Positions 31,481-41,084 of a stretch of DNA of 64,000 nt are shown piece by piece (positions within the stretch are counted from its first letter, which is position 1; each line of letters begins with the position of its first letter). Source of the DNA: Spirochaetota bacterium (GTDB taxonomy: Bacteria > Spirochaetota > UBA4802 > UBA5550); contig CAXXHB010000002.1 in assembly GCA_963664815.2 (NCBI GenBank), positions 512,001 to 576,000 on the forward strand. Reading direction: 5' to 3'. The notes beneath the pieces are model-generated. The model saw only the letters and a list, made by a program, of their open reading frames with translations. It had not been told where the DNA came from and searched no databases. A program made the position numbers and the translations under genes.

Positions 31481-31953
31481 AGTTTTACACTCATTTTTAA
31501 TTGATAGTAATAAAATAATAATAAGAATCAAAGAGAAAAAATTTTTTACGGATTTAAAAAAAAGAAATAAATTTATATCTTTCTATGAAGGAGTGAAATA
31601 TAGAAAGGTATAGTAATTCAGGGTGGTCAAAATTATTTTTCTGACTAAATAGAGACCAATTTGACCATCTGAACATGAGAAGCAAAACGTTGCAGAAGGA
31701 TCCATAATTTTACGAATCCTTAGACCCTCAATTATGGATTATTGTTCCTGACTTTTATTTTTTTTCAACAAAATTTTATCCGGAATTAATTATTTTATAT
31801 ATCATATTTAATTTAAATATGATATATAAAATATAGAGTTGATAGATGGTTCGCATTTGAAAAGTATAATATTGTTGAATATTTGTCTAAAAGTTCTAAT
31901 ATAGAGACATTTTGTTTTTAATAAATAAATAATATTTAAGATAACTGTGAAAA

Positions 31954-33792
31954 ATGAATAAAAAATATAAGATAACTGACTGGCTACCTGTTTCAAAAAA
32001 AGAAACCGAAATCCGCGGATGGAGTGAACTTGATGTTATCCTGTTTTCGGGGGATGCTTATGTCGACCATCCATCATTCGGTAGTGCAGTGATAGGAAGA
32101 GTTATAGAGAGCCAGGGATTAAGAATCGCCATTGTCCCTCAGCCGAATTGGCGGGATGACCTGCGGGATTTTAAAAAATTTGGGGTTCCAAAATTATTTT
32201 TTGCTGTAACATCTGGATGCATGGATTCAATGGTGAATCATTATACTGCCGGGAAACGGCTTCGTTCTGATGATGCATACACTCCCGGTGGAAAAAGCGG
32301 ATTCAGACCGGATTACGCAGTTCAGGTATATTCCGGAATTTTAAAGAAGCTATTCCCCGAGGTGCCGGTAGTTGCAGGCGGAGTTGAAGCGTCACTGCGG
32401 AGATTTACTCATTACGATTATTGGAGTGACTCTCTGAGACCTTCTGTGCTTTCTTCAGGCACGATAGATCTTCTTGTTTACGGAATGGGGGAGAAACCTC
32501 TGATAGAAAGCATTGAATTAATGAAAAAAGGAGTTCCTTTTTCATCATTAAAAACGGTATCTCAGACCGGATTGAAAATATCAGGTATCGAGCAGTTTCC
32601 GCCTAATAAAAACTGGGAAGATGTTGAACTTTATTCACATGAAGAGTGTGTTGATGATAAGAGAAAATTTGCAGCAAATCATGTCCTTATTGAAAAATAT
32701 GTGTCATGCTATGAACAGGTAAGACTTATACAGAAAACGGGAGGATCGTCGATTGTTATAAATCCTTTCAGGGTTGAAGCTGAAAGTGATAATATCGACA
32801 TAGCTTTTGATCTTCCCTATACAAGACTTCCACATCCGAAATATAATTCGAAGGGTGGTGTGCCAGCTTACGATATGATTCGTCATTCGGTTACGCTTCA
32901 CAGAGGGTGCTTTGGAGGATGCAGTTTCTGTTCAATAACAATGCACCAGGGGAAAATGGTGACAAACAGATCAGAAGAGTCGATTTTACGAGAAATAAAA
33001 CAAGTAGCAGAAATGGATGATTTCAGGGGATATATCTCTGACATGGGAGGTCCTTCCGCCAACATGTACAGAATGGGAGGGGATGATACTTCTATATGCA
33101 GAAAGTGCATAAAACCTTCCTGCCTTTATCCATTAATCTGCAGAAATCTTGTTTTTAATCATAAGCTTCTTATTAATCTTTATAAAAAAGCGGAGAAAGT
33201 GCCAGGTGTAAAGAAAATATTTATCTCCAGCGGTATACGCTATGATATGCTTTTATGTGATGATCAGGAAAAGAGAAAAAAATATCATTGTAATGAATAT
33301 ACGGAAAAGCTTGTAAAGGATCATGTCGCGGGGCGATTGAAGGTTGCTCCTGAGCATACATCAGACCGTGTTCTTAAATTAATGCGAAAACCTTCGTATA
33401 AGTTGTTTGAAATGTTCAGAAAAGTTTTTGAAAGAATATCTGTCGGAGCAGGACTTCAGCAACAGATTCTTCCCTATTTTATTTCATCACACCCCGGATC
33501 AGAAATTGAAGATATGGCAGAGCTTGCAGCGTTAACCAAAAGCGGAGGATTCAGACTTGAACAGGTTCAGGATTTTACTCCGACTCCGATGACTCTGTCA
33601 TCGGTGATTTATTATACCGGATTCGATCCTTATACAAATAAGAAAATTTATTGTGCAAGAAGCAGCGAGGATAGAAACGACCAGAGAGGTTTTCTTTTCT
33701 GGTATAAAGAAGAAAACCGGGAAAAGCTGAAACGCAGGTTAAAGAAAATAGGCAGAGAGGATTTGATTAAAAAAATTTTCGGAGGGAAATGA
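31954..33792 (+). CDS. ygiQ: YgiQ (UPF0313) family radical SAM protein
   Basis: GDAYVDHPSFG, MDSMVNHYT, RGCFGGCSFC, KVAPEH, EQVQDFTPTP. Confidence 0.93.
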   Translation: MNKKYKITDWLPVSKKETEIRGWSELDVILFSGDAYVDHPSFGSAVIGRVIESQGLRIAIVPQPNWRDDLRDFKKFGVPKLFFAVTSGCMDSMVNHYTAGKRLRSDDAYTPGGKSGFRPDYAVQVYSGILKKLFPEVPVVAGGVEASLRRFTHYDYWSDSLRPSVLSSGTIDLLVYGMGEKPLIESIELMKKGVPFSSLKTVSQTGLKISGIEQFPPNKNWEDVELYSHEECVDDKRKFAANHVLIEKYVSCYEQVRLIQKTGGSSIVINPFRVEAESDNIDIAFDLPYTRLPHPKYNSKGGVPAYDMIRHSVTLHRGCFGGCSFCSITMHQGKMVTNRSEESILREIKQVAEMDDFRGYISDMGGPSANMYRMGGDDTSICRKCIKPSCLYPLICRNLVFNHKLLINLYKKAEKVPGVKKIFISSGIRYDMLLCDDQEKRKKYHCNEYTEKLVKDHVAGRLKVAPEHTSDRVLKLMRKPSYKLFEMFRKVFERISVGAGLQQQILPYFISSHPGSEIEDMAELAALTKSGGFRLEQVQDFTPTPMTLSSVIYYTGFDPYTNKKIYCARSSEDRNDQRGFLFWYKEENREKLKRRLKKIGREDLIKKIFGGK

Positions 33793-34232
33793 TAAATCAC
33801 AATTTCCCGATCTTTTGTATAATGAATATAATAAAGAACATTCGCGAGAAAGTTTTAAAATAGAGCAAAGCAACATTTAAAAAATTATAAGAAAGAATTA
33901 TAAAATCTCCCGCAAAAAATAGTCTGCTATTATAGTATAATAGATATAAAAAGGACGATAATAAAAAATATTTCTGCCCTAGGCTTATGTTTATTATCCA
34001 TCCTTGCACATTTTACTTATCAGACCTCATTTGAAAGTTGTTAGAAATATTAATATAACTTATTGAAAAAATGGATAGACATCTTTTTGTTTCAAAGTCA
34101 GATATTGCTGGATAATTATATTAAAAGACATATAATAACCGGCAATTGCTGTTATAGTGATGTGCGATTACGGAGTTGCTGAGCAAGAATGGGGCGCTGT
34201 CTCGTATATGAGCGCAGTTAAGGTATAAGCAT

Positions 34233-35009
34233 TTGTATTCAATCGGAATAGACATAGGGTCAGTATGCACTAAAGGTGCAGTATATGACGGAGAAAAACT
34301 TCTTACTGATATTATACCTACTGGATGGAATCTCAGAGAGTCGGGGGATACAATCCTCAGGCGTCTTGTTGAAATAAGCGGAATGCATGGGAATGACAGC
34401 CGGTTTATCACAGTAACAGGTTATGGAAGAGATTCTATCGTATTTGCTGATAAAAGGGTAACAGAGATAACATGTCATGCAAGAGGAGCTAATTTCTTCA
34501 ATCATGAAGCCCGGACGGTGATTGATGTAGGGGGACAGGACAGCAAGGCAATAGCAGTTGGAGAAAAAGGGCAGGTTATTGAATTTATCATGAATGACAG
34601 GTGCGCTGCCGGTACAGGAAGATTTCTTCAGGTAATGTCTCACATTCTTGGGAGTGAAGTTGATCAGCTTGAAATTCTTGCCGGAGAAGCCGAGCCTGCA
34701 ATGATTAACAGCATGTGTGCAGTATTTGCTGAGAGTGAGGTCATAAGCCTTTTAGCACGTGGTGTAAGTAAGGAATCAATTGCTGCGGGTATTCTTGAAT
34801 CCATATCGGGTAAAATTCTGCATCTTACAGGGAGAGTCCGTGTATCGGGATTGGTAGTTTTTACCGGTGGGGTCTCTAACAATTCAGTTATAAGGAAAAA
34901 TCTTGGTAAGAGAATAGGGGAGGAGATAGTCACCTACCCCGAAGCACAGTCTGCCGGGGCAGTTGGCGCAGCTTTAATCGGATACGATAGTTACTGGAAG
35001 ATTAAGTAA
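34233..35009 (+). CDS. ASKHA-type [4Fe-4S] ATPase activator (HgdC/DCCP-R-like)
   Basis: GIDIGS, TGYGR, TEITCH, DVGGQDSK, MNDRCAAGTG, SMCAVFAESE; TTG start. Confidence 0.92.
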   Translation: MYSIGIDIGSVCTKGAVYDGEKLLTDIIPTGWNLRESGDTILRRLVEISGMHGNDSRFITVTGYGRDSIVFADKRVTEITCHARGANFFNHEARTVIDVGGQDSKAIAVGEKGQVIEFIMNDRCAAGTGRFLQVMSHILGSEVDQLEILAGEAEPAMINSMCAVFAESEVISLLARGVSKESIAAGILESISGKILHLTGRVRVSGLVVFTGGVSNNSVIRKNLGKRIGEEIVTYPEAQSAGAVGAALIGYDSYWKIK

Positions 35010-35027
35010 AACATCAGGTAATAGTAA

Positions 35028-36170
35028 ATGAAATTTGACAAGTTATATCTTACAAAAATAGAAGAGGATATCTTCAGTAAGGGGATAAAACAGAAGGAAC
35101 TGGGCAAGAAAGTTGTCGGGACTTACTGTGCATTTACGCCTCCGGAAATAATTGCAGCAGCAGGCGCGATCCCTGTATCATTATGTGCAGGTTCTCAGAA
35201 ACCGATTCATGACTCGGAGAAACATCTACCCAGAAATCTCTGCCCACTTATCAAAGCAAGTTACGGTTTTGCTTTGACCGACACCTGCCCGTTTTTTCAC
35301 TATTCCGATTACCTTTTGGCGGATGCTACCTGCGACGGAAAAAAGAAGATGTTTGAACTTCTATCGAGGATTAAGCCTCTGCATCTGCTGCAGCTTCCTC
35401 AAACATCCGGAACAGATGAGAGTTTCGCTTATTGGTTGAATGAACTGTATAAAGTGAAATCCCTGATGGAAAATTTTACAGGAAAAGAAGTTACTGATGA
35501 TAATCTTTCGGCGCAGATTAAATTGTATAATGCCTGCAGGGATGCTACAAGGGAACTGTTTGAACTTAACACGGGGGTATACCCTCTTTTGTATGGAAGA
35601 GAACTTGATTATATAACCGGAGCGCGTGGTTTTGACTGTGATATACCTGAAAGGATTAAAGAGATAAAAAGCGCAGCAAAGGAAGCCGGAGAACGAATCA
35701 ACGATCTGTCGTTTATTGACGAAGTAAAATGCAGGCCGAGAATACTTATTACAGGGTGCCCGAATACCAACAAGAAACTGCTGGAAATAATTGAAGATAC
35801 CGGCGGGATAGTTGTTGCAATGGAAAATTGCGGCGGGCTTAAGACCGTTGGAGTTAATGTGAAAGATGATGAAAAACCGATGGAAGCGCTTGCGAGAAGA
35901 TATTTAAACATTGCCTGTCCATGCATGACTCCAAATGACGGGAGATTGAATATTATTGGTGATATAATCCGCGATTACAGAATTGACGGTGTCGTGGAGC
36001 TGACATGGCAGGGATGCCATACGTATAATATTGAAGCTTTCATGATCAGGGAATATGTTACTTCTGATCATGGGAAACCATATATCCAGATTGAAACAGA
36101 TTATTCTGAAAATGACATCCAGCAGATACGGGTAAGGATTCAGGCTTTTCTCGAACTGATGGGTGACTGA
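35028..36170 (+). CDS. Double-cubane cluster protein (DCCP)-like anaerobic reductase, 2-hydroxyacyl-CoA dehydratase superfamily
   Basis: GTYCAFTP, VSLC, LPRNLCPLIKASYG, DTCPFF, TCDGKKKM, ITGCP, ENCGG, CPCMTPN, CHTYNIE. Confidence 0.82.
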   Translation: MKFDKLYLTKIEEDIFSKGIKQKELGKKVVGTYCAFTPPEIIAAAGAIPVSLCAGSQKPIHDSEKHLPRNLCPLIKASYGFALTDTCPFFHYSDYLLADATCDGKKKMFELLSRIKPLHLLQLPQTSGTDESFAYWLNELYKVKSLMENFTGKEVTDDNLSAQIKLYNACRDATRELFELNTGVYPLLYGRELDYITGARGFDCDIPERIKEIKSAAKEAGERINDLSFIDEVKCRPRILITGCPNTNKKLLEIIEDTGGIVVAMENCGGLKTVGVNVKDDEKPMEALARRYLNIACPCMTPNDGRLNIIGDIIRDYRIDGVVELTWQGCHTYNIEAFMIREYVTSDHGKPYIQIETDYSENDIQQIRVRIQAFLELMGD

Positions 36171-36195
36171 ATATAATAATAAAAAGGAGATTGTA

Positions 36196-37305
36196 ATGAT
36201 AAAAAAAATGGCATCAATGATTGCTGTAATCGCTCTTTCAGTTTGTATTTTCTCATGCAAAAAGAGTGGTGGAACGGCAGAATTTAAAATCGGGATTGTG
36301 ACACCTTCTCTTTCCAACAGCGAAGAGGAATTCAGGGCTGCAGATGCACTTGGTAAAAAATATCCAGGAATGACAAAGCATATAATCCTTCCTGATAATT
36401 TTTCAAAAGAACAGGAAACTGGTATTACCCAGATTGCGAGTTTTGCTGATGATAAAGATGTAAAAGCAATAGTTATTTCAGCAGGAGTGAGCGGGATACT
36501 CCCGGCTATACAGAAAGTTAAAGAGAAGAGACCTGATATGGTTGTAATCACTGCGCCGATATGGGATGATCCCGACATGATGGCAAAGTATGTTGATCTG
36601 GCTCTTGATACAGACTGGGTAAGACGTGGAGAGTTTATTCCTGAAAAAGCAAAAAAGATGGGAGCAAAAACCTTAATTCACTATTCTTTTCCTACACATA
36701 TTGCCAAAGAGGTAATATCAAAGAGACGTGAAATGATGAAGCAGACATGTGCAAAAATAGGTCTGAAATTTGTGGAAGTGCTTACACCAGATCCGCAAGC
36801 CGGAAGCAACAGGCAGGCAATGCTTCAGTTTCTGCAGGAGGATATTCCGAGGCAAATAAAGAAATACGGGAAAGAAACTGCCGTATTTGGAACAAACTGT
36901 CCAATGCAGGATGTAATTATAGCAAAGGCGATGGAACTCGGTTTTATTATGCCTGAACAGTGCTGCCCTACTCCTCTACAGGGATTTCCTGCTGCGCTTG
37001 GACTTTCTATTAAACCGGAAGATACAGGAAATTTTGATAAGATTAATGCTATGATAAAAGAAAAGGTTAAAGCGGGGAACATGGCGGGAAGATTGTCAAC
37101 TTGGCCGGTTTCTGTAAGCATATTCCTGCCTACGTTTGCCTTTGAGCTTGCTAAAGCAGCTGTTGAGAAAAAAATAGATCTCAAGAATATAGATCAGGTT
37201 AAGGCAAAGGCTAAAGATGTAGCAGGAGTAAATGTTACATTCAATACTATGAAGCCGGGGATGACCAATTACTACTTGATTATTATTGACTCCATAATAT
37301 ACTGA
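36196..37305 (+). CDS. DUF3798-family solute-binding lipoprotein
   Basis: Lipobox IFSC; EEEFRAA, GAKTLIHYSFP, PDP....MLQFL.EDIPR, FGTNC, EQCCPTP. Confidence 0.8.
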   Translation: MIKKMASMIAVIALSVCIFSCKKSGGTAEFKIGIVTPSLSNSEEEFRAADALGKKYPGMTKHIILPDNFSKEQETGITQIASFADDKDVKAIVISAGVSGILPAIQKVKEKRPDMVVITAPIWDDPDMMAKYVDLALDTDWVRRGEFIPEKAKKMGAKTLIHYSFPTHIAKEVISKRREMMKQTCAKIGLKFVEVLTPDPQAGSNRQAMLQFLQEDIPRQIKKYGKETAVFGTNCPMQDVIIAKAMELGFIMPEQCCPTPLQGFPAALGLSIKPEDTGNFDKINAMIKEKVKAGNMAGRLSTWPVSVSIFLPTFAFELAKAAVEKKIDLKNIDQVKAKAKDVAGVNVTFNTMKPGMTNYYLIIIDSIIY

Positions 37306-37349
37306 GAAGTAATTATTTTTCAAATATGTCCGCAACCTTTTACGGTATA

Positions 37350-37436
37350 GGGCCGGAGTGTGGTGAAAATATATATGAGTTGCAACTTATTTTGCTTTGA
37401 AGCAGCAGACTTATATTTTCACCCCATTCTGGTCCC
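37350..37436 (+). promoter_or_regulatory. Long intercistronic hairpin between the binding-protein and ATPase genes
   Basis: GGGCCGGAGTGTGGTGAAAATATA pairs with TATATTTTCACCCCATTCTGGTCCC, with G-U pairs on the + strand. Confidence 0.7.
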
Positions 37437-37462
37437 ATCTATTAATGGATGAGGATAAATCC

Positions 37463-39025
37463 ATGAAAGAGCTTCTTAAAGTATCACATCTATCCAAAAA
37501 ATACAGATCAGAGTTTGCGCTTAAGGATGTTTCGATCTCTCTTGAAAAAGGAAGGATCCTCGGGCTGGTGGGAGCAAATGGGAGCGGCAAGAGTACACTG
37601 ATGCAAATTCTTGCCGGGAGCCCTGTTATTGCCGATACAGGCGGTTTTACAGGTGAGATATTTTTTGAAGGAAATCCTATCAGACCTCAAAAACCAGCCG
37701 ATTCTTTAAAGATTGGAATAGGAATGGTTTACCAGGAGTTCGCACTTATACCTTCATTTACAATAGCAGAAAACATTATGCTGGGGCGTGAAAACAGGAT
37801 CAGGGCATTCAGTAGGATGAATAATTTATACTTCCCGCTTATTGACAGGAAAAAGGATATGGAGGAAGCTGCTGCGGTTTTAACAGAACTGGGCTTGACG
37901 GATCTTGATTCCGGCCTGGATGTAATGAATTTAAACGTGGGATCAAGACAGTTAATTGAATTTGCACGTGTAATAAATTACGGAAAACTGAAACTCCTGA
38001 TGCTGGATGAACCAACTGCAGTTCTTGGAAGTGAAGAAAGCGTACGGCTTATGGATCAGGTTAAACGTTTGGCAGAAAGAGGTGTTTCTGTAATATTTGT
38101 TTCTCACAGACTGGAAGAGGTGATGTCATTGTGCAGCATGGTTGCAGTTCTGCGTGATGGAAAAGTTGCCGGATTGTTTAATACTGTAGATACAGACACT
38201 GAAGAGATCGCATGTACTATGCTTGGAAGTATTGGTAATATTGCCCGGAAGAATCATTGCAATAAAGAGGAGAACAGCGCAACTTTTCTTAAAATGGAAA
38301 ATATTAATTGCCACGCAGGGGGGGAAAAGCTTGATCATTTCTCTCTTGAAGTGCTAAAAGGCGAGATAATTGGAATAACAGGGCAGAGCGGACAGGGACA
38401 GATGTTGCTGGGTAAGGCGCTTATGGGACTCATTCCATGCAGTGGTGATATAACTATAGGAGCAGAAAGAATAATTCCGGGCGACATAAGCTCTTTTTAC
38501 AGGAAAGGTTTTTGCTATATCCCGGAGGAGAGACGAAAAGATGGACTGCTTCCCGATCATTCAGTTGCAGAGAATATTGTATTTACTTTGATAAGCACAA
38601 CAAAAAAGTTTACATCCGTATTTGGTTTGCTGAAGTTCAGAATGATTGAGAAAACAGCAGTATCATATATAAAAAAAATGAATATCAAATGCACAGGGCC
38701 TCACCAGAAAGTCTCTGAATTGAGCGGAGGCAATCAGCAGAAAGTGATAATATCTAAGGCGATATCACTTTCACCGGAAATACTGATGGTTTTTGAGCCT
38801 ACAAGGGGAATAGATATTGGTGTAAAAGAGATAATACTGAACCTGTTGCTTGAGATGAACAGAAACAGGAAAACTACAATTATAATTGTTTCAAGTGAAC
38901 TCGAAGAACTGATGAGAGTTTGTGACCGTATAGCTGTTTTGTATGAAGGGGAAATTTTCAGCATTCTTACACCGGAGCATCCTGCCGGTGAATTTGCACT
39001 TGCATTTGCAGGGAAAAATTGCTGA
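37463..39025 (+). CDS. CUT2-type ABC transporter ATP-binding protein (two NBDs)
   Basis: GANGSGKST, LDEPT, SHRLEEV, LSGGNQQK, EPTRGIDIG; GAGG RBS before ATG 37463. Confidence 0.93.
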   Translation: MKELLKVSHLSKKYRSEFALKDVSISLEKGRILGLVGANGSGKSTLMQILAGSPVIADTGGFTGEIFFEGNPIRPQKPADSLKIGIGMVYQEFALIPSFTIAENIMLGRENRIRAFSRMNNLYFPLIDRKKDMEEAAAVLTELGLTDLDSGLDVMNLNVGSRQLIEFARVINYGKLKLLMLDEPTAVLGSEESVRLMDQVKRLAERGVSVIFVSHRLEEVMSLCSMVAVLRDGKVAGLFNTVDTDTEEIACTMLGSIGNIARKNHCNKEENSATFLKMENINCHAGGEKLDHFSLEVLKGEIIGITGQSGQGQMLLGKALMGLIPCSGDITIGAERIIPGDISSFYRKGFCYIPEERRKDGLLPDHSVAENIVFTLISTTKKFTSVFGLLKFRMIEKTAVSYIKKMNIKCTGPHQKVSELSGGNQQKVIISKAISLSPEILMVFEPTRGIDIGVKEIILNLLLEMNRNRKTTIIIVSSELEELMRVCDRIAVLYEGEIFSILTPEHPAGEFALAFAGKNC

Positions 39026-40056
39026 TGAGAAGATATTTTCCTCCGTTTCCGCAGATGATAATAATAATTTTTACTGCAACTCTTTTTATTATTGCGCTGA
39101 AAATAAATGTAACACCATCTTCGATAGTGAATGATCTTATTGTACGACTTATTCTTAACTGCATACTTGTTGTTTCTCTCATTCCGATGGTAAACAGCGG
39201 CGCAGGCTTGAACTTCGGACTGCCCGTGGGAGCTATTTCCGGTCTGCTGGGGATGGTTATAACTGCAAACTTCGGAGGAAAGGGTCTTTCCGGTTTTATT
39301 GAATCTGTTTTGATTTCATTTCCGGTAGCTGTTTTTGCAGGTGTATTATACGGATATTTACTGAACAGGGTAAAAGGGAGGGAGGAGATTGCTGCAACAT
39401 TTACAGGCTTTTCTTTTGTATCGATAATGTGTCTTTTCTGGGTAGTGGCCCCTTTTTCTCATCCGCAGATGATATGGATTCTGGGTGGTAGTGGCTTAAG
39501 GAATACCATAGGGCTTAAAGATTTCTGGGAGAAATCGCTTTATAACCTTATACAGTTCAGAGCAGGAGAGATAATTATTCCGGGAGGTTCGATTATCTTT
39601 ATTGCGATGATTTTGCTGTTTCTTTATCTTTTTTCAAGAAGCAGGACAGGACTGCTTATGAATGCAGCTGGAGAGAATGAATCTTTCGCAAGGATAAACG
39701 GAGTGAACATTGCGCGGATGAGAATAATTTCTGTAATAATGTCGACTATGCTTGCCTCGACAGGGACATGTATCTACGCGCAGCAATATGGGTTTATTGA
39801 GCTTTATGATGCTCCATTGATGGCTGCGTTTCCTGCAGTTTCTGCTCTTCTTCTCGGCGGGGGCTCCGGAAGAAGAACATATCTCCGTCATGCGCTGTTT
39901 GGAGTTATTCTTTATCAGTCACTGTTCCTTCTGTCATTGCCGGTTGCCAATGCATTACTTATTCCAGAGATGACGGAGATAATACGAATGATAGTGACAA
40001 GTTTTGTAATTCTTTATGCTTTTGCAAAAAGAAATGAAGTTCAAAGGCATTCATGA
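39019..40056 (+). CDS. ABC transporter permease
   Basis: Multi-TM; GAGLNFGLP, LLNRVKGRE, A.GEN..FA...G. Confidence 0.88.
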   Translation: MLMRRYFPPFPQMIIIIFTATLFIIALKINVTPSSIVNDLIVRLILNCILVVSLIPMVNSGAGLNFGLPVGAISGLLGMVITANFGGKGLSGFIESVLISFPVAVFAGVLYGYLLNRVKGREEIAATFTGFSFVSIMCLFWVVAPFSHPQMIWILGGSGLRNTIGLKDFWEKSLYNLIQFRAGEIIIPGGSIIFIAMILLFLYLFSRSRTGLLMNAAGENESFARINGVNIARMRIISVIMSTMLASTGTCIYAQQYGFIELYDAPLMAAFPAVSALLLGGGSGRRTYLRHALFGVILYQSLFLLSLPVANALLIPEMTEIIRMIVTSFVILYAFAKRNEVQRHS

Positions 40057-41084
40057 TGAAAAGATTAAATCCGGTCCCGTTAATTTTTTTTATTCTGACA
40101 TTAATGGCATTTTCATTTTCCGGGTTAAGTGCAGGATTTGTGATTAACGAGGTAATAACGCGTATAATAAGGGATTCACTTCTTGTTTTTGCGCTTATTA
40201 TCCCGATAACTGCCGGGATGGGATTGAATTTTTCAATTATTGTAGGGGCAATGGCTGCTCAGGCTGGCTGGATAATCATGCTTGATCATAGAGTGAGCGG
40301 CATTGCAGGAATTGCCGGCGCTGTTTTTTATGGGATTGTTATTTCAGTAGCATGCGGTTATGCAATTGGATCATACCTTAACCGGGTTAAAGGTAATGAG
40401 ATGATTGCAACAATGATAATAGGAATACTTGGATCTGGATTTTACCAGCTGGTTTTTCTCGTTGGTTATGGGACATTTATACCGGCATCTAACAGTGAAC
40501 TTCTTCTTTCCAGGGGAGCCGGTATAAGGAATATGGTTGACCTGGCTCCATACAGGAATATTTTGGAAAGGCTGCTCCTTATCGATGTTTATGGTATTCA
40601 GATACCGGTTTTTATGCTGTTGCTGACAGTGGGGGCGGCTGGAAGTTTAAAAATTATTTTAAGTACACGGATGGGGCAGAAATTCCGTGCAGTGGGAGCT
40701 GATCAAGTATCGGCTGAACTTGCCGGTATCGATACGGACAGAACAAGAATAGTGGCGATCATTATTTCAACGGTGTTTGCATGCCTCGGTCAGATTATTT
40801 TTCTTCAGAATATAGGGATGGTCAATGTTTATACTGCTCACATGAATTCCGATATTTTCTCATGCGCGGCACTTCTCGCCGGAGGAGCAACAATTAAGGA
40901 GGCGAAAATACGTCACGCGATTGTCGGTATAATTCTTTTTCACTCGCTTTATATTGTAACACCTCAGGCCGGGCAGAACCTTTTCGCTAATGCGGTTCTG
41001 GGTGAATATTTCCGCAGTTTTGTTGCCTATGGATCAATAGCAATTGCCCTGATAATTAACATTAAGCATGAAAGTAAAATCTAA
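40053..41084 (+). CDS. ABC transporter permease (second subunit)
   Basis: GMGLNFS, LNRVKGNEMI, GQKFRAVG...AELAGI; overlaps the preceding stop. Confidence 0.88.
   Translation: MMKRLNPVPLIFFILTLMAFSFSGLSAGFVINEVITRIIRDSLLVFALIIPITAGMGLNFSIIVGAMAAQAGWIIMLDHRVSGIAGIAGAVFYGIVISVACGYAIGSYLNRVKGNEMIATMIIGILGSGFYQLVFLVGYGTFIPASNSELLLSRGAGIRNMVDLAPYRNILERLLLIDVYGIQIPVFMLLLTVGAAGSLKIILSTRMGQKFRAVGADQVSAELAGIDTDRTRIVAIIISTVFACLGQIIFLQNIGMVNVYTAHMNSDIFSCAALLAGGATIKEAKIRHAIVGIILFHSLYIVTPQAGQNLFANAVLGEYFRSFVAYGSIAIALIINIKHESKI

Noticed and set aside
31700-31740. c-di-GMP-I riboswitch on the minus strand (GGGTCTAAGG)
   Set aside because: Upstream GGCAAA/GAAA tetraloop and GCAAAG elements are absent
34072-34230. 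Small ORF or selenopeptide (…SC-TGA…) upstream of the activator gene
   Set aside because: No credible start/RBS for that frame, no convincing SECIS, no recognisable family
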